A stretch of DNA of 64,000 bases, from contig CM007990.1 of NCBI GenBank assembly GCA_002189035.1, positions 558,001-622,000 of the forward strand. Direction: 5' to 3'. This DNA comes from Utricularia gibba (taxonomy: Eukaryota > Plantae > Magnoliophyta). Position 1 is the first letter of the stretch. Every line of letters begins with the position of its first letter. Positions 24,685 through 37,456 of this stretch are shown one piece after another. The notes beneath the pieces are model-generated. The model ran no database searches, was not told the DNA's origin, and saw only the letters and a list, made by a program, of their open reading frames with translations. The position numbers and the translations under genes were made by a program.

Positions 24685-25554
24685 TTACAATTTATAAATA
24701 ATGAGAAAACATGGCAGCAAGGCGCGTGAATCGAACACGATCAACTCGCCGTCGTCTCGACTCAATGAATGATACCCGGATCCGCCGTGGGAGACCGGGT
24801 CATGCCCGAGTGCTTTCAAAACCCGACCCGAAATCACCCGGCAAACCATCGTCGCTCTTCGTCCGCTCCCACCCCCGGCTTGGACATGAGCCATTTTGCT
24901 CCCCGTATACGTTTTGCAGCCGTTGATGCCCCACGCGCTGTTACCGACATCGCACGCGCCGCCATGGAAAGTGGATCCCAGGCAGTAGAACCTCATCATC
25001 TCGTTCCCGTCCGCCGCGCACCTCCCGTCACTGGCCCCCCCGCAACGCGCTTGCGACTTCACGAGTTCCCGGTACTCCTCGAACCGGGCCACCGTCCGGT
25101 TCAGGTTACATACCCTGAAAACCACTTCGACGTCGCCAGGGAAAGGTTTCAGTCCCCAGCTCGTCCGGAAGATGATCTCCACCACATTCCGAGACGGGTG
25201 CCCGATCGGAAGCTCCGCCAGCGCCGGGAAACCCAGTTCCCCGACGGGCATCCGCCGCATCGACCCGGAACCGCACGCCATCATCAGCGGTTTACCATAT
25301 TTCGGCGCAGGCGGCTCGCTAATCCGTTCCACACACTCCGTTGACCTCAAGCACGAACGCGAACGAGTCTGGCTGCGGCGGAGGTGGCGGTGACGGCAAA
25401 CGACGTCCTCCGACGCACTGGACTTGCAATGCAGGGACTTTATCCACGTAGCGACGACCCTTTTTTTCCTGCAACAAGAAACACATTCCAACTTCTCCTT
25501 CTTCTCCTCCATCTCTTTCCCCTCCCAATCCCTCCTTTTCCCCTTTTGGTGCAT
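24685..25554 (-). CDS. Uncharacterised plant protein with the C-terminal domain shared by a C2H2-zinc-finger-associated family, possible ADP-ribosyltransferase-like fold
   Basis: Intronless 289-aa ORF: TWIKSLHCKS..EDV, LAELPIGHPSRNVVEIIFRTSW, RFEEYRELVK, RCAADGNEMMRF, RRATMVCRVISGRV, ELIVFDSRALLPCFLIIYKL. The start may be the second Met (MEEKK). Confidence 0.85.
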   Translation of the reverse strand: MHQKGKRRDWEGKEMEEKKEKLECVSCCRKKRVVATWIKSLHCKSSASEDVVCRHRHLRRSQTRSRSCLRSTECVERISEPPAPKYGKPLMMACGSGSMRRMPVGELGFPALAELPIGHPSRNVVEIIFRTSWGLKPFPGDVEVVFRVCNLNRTVARFEEYRELVKSQARCGGASDGRCAADGNEMMRFYCLGSTFHGGACDVGNSAWGINGCKTYTGSKMAHVQAGGGSGRRATMVCRVISGRVLKALGHDPVSHGGSGYHSLSRDDGELIVFDSRALLPCFLIIYKL

Positions 25555-25901
25555 ATTAATACCACCGCCGGTGATGAATCATGTGTCCAATACTCTTTCA
25601 AAATTAATTTTATAATCAAACACAAATAATTACCTACACTTTAAAATAAATTCATCAACTTTTTATTTTTAATAAATTAAAAATTATTTTTAACCCTTCA
25701 ATTTAATTAAAAAAACCCTAGCCCTAAATCCCCAATTCTGCGTCAAAGGGGGATACCATCAAATTGCCGTTCTTTCTTTCTTTCACCCCGAAGCACTTGT
25801 TGCTGTCATGCCAATAAATCACGTAAGATTTAATGAACGTATGCATGTATGTGCATTATTGTGCAAGGGAGGAGTTTACCAAAATGCCCTCGTCCGCCAC
25901 C

Positions 25902-25930
25902 CACGTGGAGGCCTATAAGAGCAACACGTG
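25902..25930. promoter_or_regulatory. Paired G-boxes (CACGTG x2) upstream of the 24685-25554 gene
   Basis: CACGTG at 25902-25907 and 25925-25930 in a GC-richer island within an AT-rich spacer. Confidence 0.4.
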
Positions 25931-26934
25931 GCACATTCAAATCATCCCTCCTCCTACAAGTCAAGCTCTATCGGGAAAACAAGTTCTGACACCCTAACGA
26001 ACGTTCTTGCAATAGTGAGTCATCCATTACAATGTGCCCAATGTGTTTTTCCTATTAAAATAAATTACAAAAATAATGCATATATTAATCATTTTTCAAA
26101 TCACAGTAATATATTTTATTTCTAAACATTAAAAAAGATATTTATAATAAAATAAAAGTTGCATATCTACAACTTTTTAAATATAATAAACATTTCTAAA
26201 TTTACAGTTTTTTTAGAGCATAAGTCATTTATATTTGATAACAAAACTATTTATAATACTTTTTTTTCAAAAAAAAAAAACTATTCCAAATAGAGATTGA
26301 ATGCATGATGCAGGATGTGTGTGTGTGTAAAGAAGGTGATTAATAATGAAGTGAACTTGTGGTATGAGATATAAAATGAGTGTATGGAAGATGGTTAATA
26401 ATGAAGTGAATGTTACTCACACCCAACTCATAGTTATGTGCATAAATACTCACCAACCAAAGAGAATGAATTAATGGGTAGGAGAAATTGACTTTTGGAC
26501 ACACATTGCATTGCATTACTACATGATTAGGGTGAACCCCTCATTGTTAATCTCAATTATTTGATAAACATGTATGATTGATATTAATTGTGTCAAAATC
26601 AACTCGCCCATCTAATCAAATGTCATGACTCATACTCATCTTATACGATATTATACATTTTAAATATATAATTCTCACATTTTTATTTTATCATTTTTCA
26701 AAAAAAAAATTTGTATAAAATTAGAATGATCATTCTATTTAAGAACATCTACTTTTCGTCTGTTACTAATATAATATAATGTCGCCAAATCTCTAACTTT
26801 ACATTCTATATTTCTTAATCAATCAGCATTCTCACCTAATTTCCCTTATTCCACTATTGGTATGCTCTCGAATTTGTTTCTAATATCAAATATAAAATCT
26901 ACAATTCTAACAATTTTGTTATAAATAATAACAG

Positions 26935-26958
26935 TAATAATAATAATAATAATAATAA
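26935..26958. repeat. (TAA)8 microsatellite
   Basis: Eight perfect TAA units. Confidence 0.95.
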
Positions 26959-28567
26959 AATATTCCTATAAAATGGGGAGAAATTAAATTTAATTATAAA
27001 GCGTGTGGCGGCGGGATGTGCAACCAAGGCAAGCAGCGTGGGACGAATTGGGGGTGCAGGGAGGTTAAGGTGTGGGCGTGCGCGTAGGATGAAGAGAATT
27101 CAAATGGGCACGTTGAGTCATTAATGGGAGCATTGAAAGGCAAAGACCTACTGCTACTTAATTCAACACCACGTAGACGTAGGGCTTCTCAATCATCCCT
27201 CAATTACTCCCCCATTTCAATTCTAATGCCTCTTCCCTCCTCTTCACTGCTCATAAACTTATATTTTACTAAAATCAATTCTCGAACATTCTAAAATAAA
27301 AAAAAAATCAAACAAAATATGTAACTTTTAAAAAGCAAAAATGTCACAGTTTATTTTTATCTTATACAATTGATGGGGTACAAATATTATGCGGTTAATC
27401 GGTTCTTGTAAAACTGTCAAAAGATGATTTGATAGTATGGCAAATGGCGACACACCGATAATTATCAAAATTTGTCAGCAACGTGCGTGTCACACAGTCT
27501 GAAAATAGTCAGATTACGACAAAGCAGGCGACGATTATATGAAAAGTAGTATCACAATAATATGGTTATTTGAAAAGTAGTAAAGGGTATTATCTATTTT
27601 GAATATTTAACACTTATGATTTTATATTATTCTTTTTAACAATAAAAATATCTCATACAATATTAGAATTATTTTTTATTTAATTATATTTTCTTCTAAG
27701 TTCGTAATTAATATGATATACCATCATAATACCTTTGAACTTAAAAAAAGAATCAATTCTATATGGTATAAGTGATTTGAAATGGAAGAAATATTATATA
27801 ATATTTATCGAATGTGAGACATATATTTGATGATTTAAATTAGTACGAATGTATAATTTATTCATTCAATATTTTAAATAATTGTATGAGATATATTATT
27901 TTCGAATTTTAGATAATTATATGAGACCGTTTTTTGCATGCCTATGTAGGGTTACACATCTGTTTTCTTTTTCCCCCGGGTGGAGTTGCTTGCAGGGAGG
28001 AGGGTGCGGAGGAAAGGGAAAAATGCATGCAAATGCGAGGGATGCTGTGGTTGCTGATGTCCAGGGGACCAGTTCGAGGAAGTGTATGTAGGGCATTATG
28101 CAAACCAGGGCGTCCTTTTCTTGGACTCCCCTGCCTGCTCCGATTGGAACCCATTCCCATTTCCTCGCAATCTGATATGGTCCTCGCCAAGGACCAGCGA
28201 AATTCTTGGATCAGAAGCACCTCTTCGTCTCGCCCATGTGGTTTTGTACGTTTTCACCCGTAGTCACTTTTCTGATTAGCTCATCTGTTCCGAGGAAACC
28301 AGGAGAGCTCTGCATTTTGATCGGAAAATCTTTGTCTGTATGTGGGAGTGGGATGAGTTCATGAATGAATGCTTCATCTTTTTTCATACATGGCTGCGAA
28401 TCTTGCCGGAGAAAGATACCTTCGTTCGACTCCACCCATCAAAGACATCAATCATCACTGTAGAAACACACACACAGAGACACGTATTTATAGGTGTCTG
28501 TAGGAGCATTGCATCGCCGCGGGGACCGGAGCACGCCTTTGGGTTGCTTGCCTGCTCTCTGAGCTCT

Positions 28568-31332
28568 CTACCTCTTGCCTGTGCGGACGTAGGCTCTGAG
28601 GGAGGGGGACTGAGTGAGCGTCACAGGAGCATTGCCCGCCTTCTTCTTGATTACTCGTCTAGCGACGTAGCCGCGGATCCATGGCGTCACGTCCTCGCTT
28701 ATCTTGATCATGACGAAGAAGATGAAGCGGTAGACGATGATCATGCTGAACAGAACACCGAGGTTCACCCATTTCGATCGATTCAGGTCGATCTGAAAAA
28801 TGTACTGCAAGATGTACTCTCCGGGGATCGGAGGCAGCTCCGGCGGATCGTTCACAAACACCAATCCCCTCAGGTCGTTTTGATACTCTCCCTGCACAGA
28901 CCATCATGGTCTTTAGAACATACAAGTTCCCGGGGAAGGAAACTCCATTCAGCTCAAGCGTTTACCTGGAGAGCCCAGTAGTGGAAGCTGATGTAGGTCA
29001 TCGGGTAGCGCCAGAATGGTTTCGGAATATCGTTCGGGAGTCGGAAGAAGCCGGAGACGAGCATGAAGACGCCCTGCATCGTGGACGAGAGTCACAAAGC
29101 AGACAACTTTTCGTCAGAACTGAAGCTATGGAGCTGAGAGGGAGACCTGGATTCCAGCTCCGATGATGATCCCCATCAGGAAGTTGGGCACAACGCTGGC
29201 AATGACCATCATGAGGCTCTCAACGACGGTGACACTCGCATACAGGCCCAGAATGAAGAACAGGAACCGCGAAAAACCGGGATGCAGGCCCACCATGTAA
29301 TAGCAAATGGTTCCAGAAGCGAAGGAGATGAGCAGAAGAAACGGCATTGCTGAGAGGGTGTTGCTGATCACAAAGGACATCACCCCGTAGTGTCCATTGA
29401 GCCTTTCCCTCTGGAAAACCTGAAGCCCGAGCCAGTTTTATGACCTTCAAACACTACACTAACTAAGCAGACGGTTGCATACCTTCATGTCTTCGACAAA
29501 TAAGGGGAATCCTCCGATCGACATGAACGTCACGAAACCGAAAACGAAAGATCCACATGCTCCTCTTGCCTGAATGAACAGCATGGTTCTCATACACTGA
29601 AGCAGAGAAGGTTTTGATCACGTTCATATTGTGGGTAGAGAAGTGAAGGGGTTACCAAGATGGAATTGGAATCCATTCCGATTCGAAAGTATATGGTGCC
29701 GATGCAGAGAGTGACGATGATGTAAATGACAAGCCTGAGCCAGTAGTATCCAAAGTCCCTCGACATGTTGACAAATGATCTTGCAGTTAGTATGATGGAT
29801 TGCATCAGGAAACTAGACTGACTCCCTCCAGACTCTAGCACAGTTCCTTTCTGTAACACAGGTTCTCATTTCAGCAATGAAAAAGAAAGTAAAAATGCTC
29901 TGGTTCAAGTGGGGAAAACTCACGATTTTGGACATGTGCTCGATCCTTTCTTTCGCCGAGTAGCAATACTGCGATTTGTTGTATGTATCGATGAGTGTCC
30001 GAATAGCCTCGGCTGTGGTTACCTTTCCTAAAGGATCATTGCTTGACACAAACTGTAGAGTGGAAAATGGAGGGTAAGGATTTAGAAGCTGGAATAGTTG
30101 CAGTAATGGGGATCAAGTTCGTACCCTTATCTTCATCGACCCTTTTAAGGTAGCTTTGACTTTGTCGAAATCGGAATTGATGCATTGCAGGAAATGATCG
30201 GAGGGGTTTCTCAGGGCAGGACAGGGGAACCCAGCTTGTGCGAAGAACTGCATAAATCCATCTTGTTACAGTAAAATCCGAACATTTAACAGGGGATTAT
30301 CGATGTTTCTTGCCTCGTATGCTTCCGATGCCTGGCCGAAGTAGACTGTTTTGCCACCGGAAAGTAGATACAATCGATCGAACAGTTCAAAGACTTCGCT
30401 GCTGGGCTGATGAATTGATGCTATTACTGTTCTTCCATCTCTGGATAAGCTGCGTAATGTCTGTGTCACAAAGAACGCCGATGCACTACAGGATGAAACG
30501 AGGGGAAACTAAGGGTTAACAAGCGAAAGAAGATGAAAATTGAGGGGTTTTAGCTTCTGGAAGAACCTATCGAGGCCACTGGTTGGTTCGTCGAGGAAGA
30601 GGAGACGGGGCCTCATCAAAATCTCGATAGCAATGCTAACTCTTCTCTTCTCGCCGCCGCTAATTCCTCGCAAATGCCAATTTCCGATGGCGGTGTCGGC
30701 GCAATCTTGAAGACCCATTTCAACAATGGTGCTCTCGACCAACGCCCGCTTATCTGAAGACGACATTCGATCGGGGAGACGCAGCCAGGCCGAATACGAT
30801 ATCGTTTCCCGCACTGTCAGTGTCCCGATCAACGTATCGTCCTGGGTAACATACGCCTGACAGACAGAACGGCAAAAAAGCAGGATTTCATCAATCCCCA
30901 ATTGGGTAACAGGAAAAAAAAAAAAACAATCTTTGTATCAGGGCTTCAACAAAACCAAAAAAGTTCTATACAAACCGCAGTCCCAAAAGACAAATTCGCT
31001 TTCCGGCCGTTGAGCAAAACTGTTCCCGACAAAAACGCATTGGTGGCAAGTCTGCCGGCGAGAGCGTCAAGCAAAGTAGATTTCCCGGAACCAGAAGGCC
31101 CCATAAGCGCCGTGAAGGATCCAGGATCGGCATACCCACTAAGCCGCTCCAACACCGTCTGGGTTTCTCTATTCTTGAGAGTAACCACCACAGTCAGATC
31201 CTTCCACGTTAACCGGGCCGAAACATCGCCGATGAACTCCGTGTTACCATTCTCCTTCCATATGGTTTCACTGAGAGGACTCAAACCCCCCACATACCCA
31301 ATGCCCGGCGACTTATTCCCTTCGATCTCCAT
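28568..31332 (-). CDS. ABCG11: ABC transporter G family half-transporter, cuticular lipid exporter ABCG11/WBC11-like
   Basis: MEIE...[11 protein letters not shown]...[14 protein letters not shown], Walker [10 protein letters not shown], signature [38 protein letters not shown] and TM exons ending LRAYV. One intron (30248-30313) is GC-AG. Confidence 0.95.
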
Positions 31333-32204
31333 TTCAGAATCCCTCCCCCCTTCACGCTCGTAAAACCTCAACCAACGGATTTACCACACAGTCGACATGA
31401 GAATCTGTCTCCCTCTTTAAGTCTGACTTCATCTCCTACTTGCGATAACTTTCTTCTAGCACAAATCCACCTGTAACCACGAAATCTGCTCCGAAAACTT
31501 GACACATAACCAGATAATCAATATTCTGCAATAACTTCCTTTTCCTTTACACCACCCTTCACATCTACTCGTCCAAACGCGGCCGGTGTCGCGCTTACCG
31601 GGTAACACAGCCGAATATTCCGGAGTTAATAATACGAATAGCTGGTTCGTGATAGCGTGGGAGAGTGAATGCAAAGAAATACAGGTGGATGCTGGTGAGT
31701 AGAAGTTAATGCGAAAACTGTGAACAAGGAGGAGAAGCTGGACGGACTGCCCATTCTTTTTATTTAATCGGAAAAGAAAGCATCGTTTCTTTTTTTAGAT
31801 TATTTATTTCAAATTTTTAGACACAAGTTGACGGTTGGACACCCCAACTAAACCTTAAATGTTGTGGTCCCCACCGCATCTATTGTTCATGTGAAGGGAG
31901 ACCAGACTCGGTACGCTGGGTTCCATCATTTTACGGTGCACCGGGGACCCCTCCAAAAGTTGGCCAATCAAATGATTAATAACCCTTAATGAAGGATTAG
32001 CACTCACTAATCCTGATTCATAATATTAATACACTTAATATGTGTTCACAGGACAGATCTCAAACACCCATTTTTTTCTGGTACAAGTTAGCCCAGTTCC
32101 TTTCCCTGATTCCCACTGGTTTTTTTTCACTGTAGCATGATGGGAGTGGGTCGGGAGGGGTAGCAAGCACACATTCTACAAATTGATGAACCAGAGGGCT
32201 TATC

Positions 32205-34743
32205 TCAGACTGAAGGTGTCGGAGACAATACATACATTTTGCAGTCATGGGAATCCACCGTGGCTGAAATCCTCCCCCTCACTGAAAATTGGGTTGAGTG
32301 CTGCAAATGAGGGATGGGAGAAAGCAGTTACTCCTACCCTTGTTTTGCTTTGTTGAACGAGGAAAAAAAAGAGAGTGATTTCTTGGAATCTTACAGCCCA
32401 TAGATCTCTTGCATTGACTGCTGCTGTTGAGCTGAGTCCCAGCTCGGAAAAGTAAGCAGTGATGGTGGCAGTTGAAGGTCCTCTGTTCCATAGAAGAAGG
32501 GCAAATTTCTTCCCACTCAAGGGTCCTCCCCAAACCTTGTATATTTTGAAAAATGGTGAGTGAAATGCATTTTACTGCTGCTGCATTTGTGCAATCTCCT
32601 TACCTCTAGGATGCCATCGCTCTTTATCTTCTTCCCTTGAACTCCAAGCGCATCTGTTGATGAACCTTAAGTTGGATGGCTGCAGAGAATAATAACCTTA
32701 AGTTTGCATTGGTGGAACTACTGACCCTGGTTCACGGCAATGACCTCTCTGTTGCGTAGGATTTCCAGTGTTGCATTGTCAATCGTTCTTATGTCGCAAC
32801 CGATGATCAGAGGCGCCTGAGCTCAAACAGAACAGTGAGCTTTAGTTGTAAAACTGGAAGTTCTGTTCTGTGTGTTATTTGTTTACATGATAGCCATCCA
32901 CTCACCTTCATCAATGCCCATAAGCTGAAGTGAGACCTGTACTCACTTGTGCTCATTCCACCATTTCCCACTTCCAGCATGTCAGGATCTAAACAGAGAT
33001 GATGCCATTACAGTAATGCTTCATGGATCAGAACCAAATGGGTTGCTTTAGTCTTACCATTCCATCCTCCTGGTCCTGCATATGAAGCCCATCTGTTGTT
33101 GAGATCTGCCAGCGAAGACATGCTGAAGAAGAAGCAAGATTAGTGAAGGAATTGATATACAACAGATGCTGCTTTGGCTGACACCTTTGCCAGTTATCTT
33201 GTATGTCTCCAGTAGTTCTCCAACTATTTCCTACTGATTTGGCCCATGTAGCAGGATCCTCTTGCCCCCTGTTCCATTCCAAGAACCGGGTAAATGAAAA
33301 CTGATTCGTTCCATTTGTCCAGACGTGTGCAGAAAGTAGTTAGATCAAGATCAATGCAACTCACCATTCGCAAAGAGAGAAGAATATCAACCTTCCTGAG
33401 TTCAGCAAGGCATTGGACATTGCACGATACCTTTGCTTCACATCGCCCCCTCCGTTTTCGCAGTTATCATACTTCAAATAATCCACACCCTGTTTCCAGG
33501 ACATAAACTTAGGCAAACAATTGCACATGACAGAAGGTGCCGAAGCCTGATTCAGTTCATACCCACGAAGCAAATGTTCTTGCATCTTGCTCTTCATGTC
33601 CTAGAGACCCGGGCATCGTCTTGCTGCAAGTAAATGTCCTGCAGAAACCACCGCGCTGCTGTTACAATGAAGGAGAGCCTTTTCCAGCTTTTTAAGGCAA
33701 GAAACATCACCCCGCATCAGAATAAATCCCAAGCTTTAGCCCCTTGCTGTGCACATAATCTGCCAACGCCTTAATCCCTGAAGGAAATGTAGACGCTTTC
33801 GCCACCAAGTGACCCTGCAGTTGCCCAGAAAAATCAACCTCACACAGTTCCATCACTGAAATCCATCAATCATCTGAGCAGCAAAACACACGTACAGGGT
33901 CAATTTATTCACCTGAGAGTCTCTGTTCAGCTCCGCCCAACAATCATCTGAGCATCAAAACACAAAACCAGAAGATCGGTACCGGAATTTCAAGCCTCAT
34001 TACAACCACCCAGTCCACAATAAACCACAAACCTACCAAGGTTTACGTACTTGTACCCCACGGCAGCAAGCCCAGTTGACACCATTGCATCCGCTGAATT
34101 CACCATTTTGTAAAATGTGAAAAATATCAATTTATACCACATGTTTTTTTATAATATCCAATATGCCCACAATTTTCGTATATTTCGAACATGGGGGGCC
34201 TCACCTGTTTCCTTTATCAGCTCCTCCCTAATGTTACAAAAGAAATGATTCCAGCTGTTCCATCTGTCCAATTTAGATCCACAAAATCTATAAGAACTGT
34301 TCAAAAGTAACCCTTACTTTTCAAAATATTCAAAAAAGTGATTTTTAAAGTAACAACTTTACTTCAAAAAAATTAAAAAGTGCCCCCTTTTTCAGAGCGT
34401 CGCCAACTTTAGTCACACCAATATATTATAAAGTTCCATTCAATTTAAATTTATACTTTTAAAAAATAATAAAAATTATAATTAAAAATTATAAAATCAA
34501 AGCATTCATTGTGAAAATAATTCAACTCATGCAAAAAAATGAGAATAATAATATCATTTTGGCCCACGCACTATCGTTAGATGTTAGTTGTTACCCCATC
34601 TGAGGCGTCCGCCCTAGCCCGTTCTCCACGAGCTTCGCCTGAATCTGTTGCCGCGCCGGCGACCTCGACGCCGACGCCGATACGGCGAACCACCAGAGCG
34701 CCGCCACGAGCAGCCGCATCTGCAGCAGTCGGCGGGAATGCAT
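32205..34743 (-). CDS. AGAL: Secreted alpha-galactosidase, glycoside hydrolase family 27
   Basis: Signal peptide ([17 protein letters not shown]), [72 protein letters not shown]. Exons in frame; paralog (AGAL1 vs AGAL2) not resolved. Confidence 0.95.
33867..33964 (-). repeat. 24-nt direct repeat (period 74): duplicated 3' splice site plus exon start in alpha-galactosidase
   Basis: caatcatctgagcaNcaaaacaca at 33867-33890 and 33941-33964. On the minus strand it reads tgtgttttgNtgctcag|ATGATTG. Confidence 0.9.
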
Positions 34744-35466
34744 AGCGAACTGGCGGAGAGCAAGCAAGTCTTGGGGAAGAAGAAACAGAATCGTGGTCGA
34801 AACTCGACGCTGAGGTGAGAGAAGGAGAAAAGATTGAAATCGGAGATCATGCTCTGCATATGTATAGCGTCACCATGAGAAATTCGAATTTCTTTTTTCA
34901 CTAAAAAATATTATATTTTTACTTTTCGGCTATTAATAATTAAAATAAAATTTAAATACTGAATTATTTAATTTGTGACTCACCATGAACAAATCACGTG
35001 CATTCAGATCTACCTCGCTATATAAAAAAAATACATCAATAATTTAACTCCCTTATTACCCGGGAAGTTCAATCTTGCCGACAAAAAAAAATCTCAAATT
35101 TAATGAACATCAATTTTTTTTTCTATATTATCACTTTTTTCATTATAAATAAATATTCATTTTACATCCAAAAATCATTAAATAGTCGACAATATAAGGT
35201 TAGGAGACTAATAATGGTATTTTTTAATATTGTATGAGATATTTTCTTTAGAATTATAAAACATAAAATTATGATAATTAAATATTTAAAATGAATAATA
35301 TCGTATGTGTTTTGATCATATTTTTATTTAATATTTATTTAAAATATATTAACATTTTTTCCTCCATATATAAAATTACACGCTCGAGAACAACTAATAA
35401 ACAAAAATCGAGGCTCAATATTTTATTAAATGTGTTTTTTATTTAAAAAGAAAAAAGAAACTGTCG

Positions 35467-35797
35467 GTGGGTCCATGGGCCATGCTCCACGACTGGGCCG
35501 AGGACACGTGGCCCACTTCCACAATAGTTCCCGGCACGCCACGCTGCTTTACACTCGTATTTATTTATTTATATCAAAATTTGCGTGAATTTAATTTTCA
35601 AATATTAGTTATTGAATCGATGTATTTCAAAATAGTACTTGTGTCTATAATGTATATGAAATTATGAATATTATATTATAATTTAAAATATTGTAATAAT
35701 ATTAATATTTAAATTGACTATAAATATATTATTAGTTAAAAAATAAATGATAAAATATATTATTACTATTTGTCACTGAATTCCGAGTGGTGGGGCC
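35467..35797 (+). promoter_or_regulatory. Cluster of TCP-binding/site II elements upstream of the TCP gene
   Basis: GTGGGTCC 35467-74, TGGGCC 35476-81 and 35494-99, CACGTG 35505-10 overlapping GGCCCA 35510-15, and GTGGGGCC 35790-97. Confidence 0.5.
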
Positions 35798-35972
35798 CAG
35801 GGAGCATGTGCCGTCCTTTCCCTGGAGTCGAAGGCCATAGCACCAGCCACGCGGCTTCTGTCTCTGCTTCAATCATTACCCTTCTTACCCTTGCTTTTCT
35901 GTGTGGTGTGTCTGCCTGGGCGCTTCGTTTTGGATTGGATTCGGAACCCTACTCAGGGGGGCGTTTGCTGGT

Positions 35973-36797
35973 ATGTTAACTGCCACCTCCGACGGGCCGG
36001 ACGGCGGGTCCGGGACGGCAATCCCGAAAACCTCTTCTGCTGGGGCTACTAGCACTGGGCAGCAAGGTAAGAAGCCATCCGCCAAGGACCGACACAGTAA
36101 AGTCGACGGCCGCGGCCGCCGCATCCGCATGCCTATAATCTGTGCAGCTAGGGTGTTTCAGCTTACGCGTGAGTTGGGTCACAAGTCTGATGGTCAGACA
36201 ATCGAGTGGCTGCTTCGTCAGGCTGAGCCCTCGATTATCGCCGCCACCGGTACTGGAACGACTCCGGCGAGTTTCTCGACGGTGGCCTCTTCTGGGGCGC
36301 GGAATTCGTCGTCGTCCATGTCCGTTTCGTTTGACCACAAGCCGGTTTCGCATTCTTTACTGACGCCATCTCCTGCTCCGTTTATCCTCGGAAAGCGTCT
36401 TCGTCAAGAAGATGACGGTGCCCATCACCGGGAGCTGGGTAAAGACGAGTCTGCTTCATCTTCTGCTGCTATTAGCCCCGCCGTGGCGACCGGAGGATTC
36501 TGGGCATTGCCAACTCGGCCTGATTTTGGCCAAGTTTGGAGCTTTACTCCACACCCAGATATCGTGGTTGCAGCAAGCCCGAATAGTTCGTCCCCTCAAC
36601 ATCATCATCAACAAACGCATTCATCTGCATTGAGATTTTTACAGCAGAATCACCAGCTGAGTGAAGCCTCTGCCGCCAGGGTCGGTAACTACTTACCCAT
36701 TGCCCAAGTTCATGGGCACCACCTCAATTTACTTGCCTCTCTCTCTGGGACTCCACCTCAATCCTCTGAACAGCGAAGAGAGACGGATGCTAATTGA
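35973..36797 (+). CDS. TCP7: Class I TCP transcription factor (TCP7/TCP21-like)
   Basis: [59 protein letters not shown], plus C-terminal [12 protein letters not shown] and [10 protein letters not shown]. Intronless; first true ATG at 35973. Confidence 0.93.
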   Translation: MLTATSDGPDGGSGTAIPKTSSAGATSTGQQGKKPSAKDRHSKVDGRGRRIRMPIICAARVFQLTRELGHKSDGQTIEWLLRQAEPSIIAATGTGTTPASFSTVASSGARNSSSSMSVSFDHKPVSHSLLTPSPAPFILGKRLRQEDDGAHHRELGKDESASSSAAISPAVATGGFWALPTRPDFGQVWSFTPHPDIVVAASPNSSSPQHHHQQTHSSALRFLQQNHQLSEASAARVGNYLPIAQVHGHHLNLLASLSGTPPQSSEQRRETDAN

Positions 36798-37456
36798 ACT
36801 TATGATTGAATTGATTCTAATGTCCATATTTCAAGATCATTGTTCTTCTCATTTTGTTTTCCTGGCTGCGCCTTGGTTGTTTTGTTTAGACAACGCTCCC
36901 TTGATTGCAACCCAGCGCCGTGTTTCAAGTAGAATGCAGTCATTCATGAACTGGGAGAAATCAAATCTCGATCCAGTGTTTTGTATTTAGATTCAGAATG
37001 ATTTGTGTAGCTGATGCTATTAGCCCAATAAAGGAAATCACTGTGTTCTCATGGTTGAATTCAAGACACACCTCTCCGCTCCTCTACATGTTTTCTACTA
37101 AAGTTTCATGCTTTCGAAAAGGTCTTGCACATTTTCAGGTGAAAAGGAAGGTTGCTTACTGATACATGTGCAGATTCTTTACCTTTCTTGCACTTGTCGC
37201 CATCTCCTTGAGCTAAAGTTTCACTCTTTGCGCCACTAATTACCATCCTCCATCATTTGCTCGCCTTTTCCGAGTCATGCTGTTGCTTTTAGCTTGTTTT
37301 ATCTTCTACATTTCCCTGTAGTATTTAGGGTAGCTTTGTTTCTACCAGAAACAGCAAAGGGGGTTCTCAAGATTCACTTTTTTCTGTGTAGAACGGTCGT
37401 TATTCTGATGTGTACGTGGTACAGTTATCACATCCCTGTCAAAAGCATACCAGTAA

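Noticed and set aside
27934-28340. GC-richer block with overlapping ORFs on both strands behind ABCG11 (including LAKDQR, loosely DVL/RTFL-like)
   Set aside because: The essential RTFL core (YIxRRCVxMLLCW) is absent in all frames; probably ABCG11 3' UTR or non-coding.
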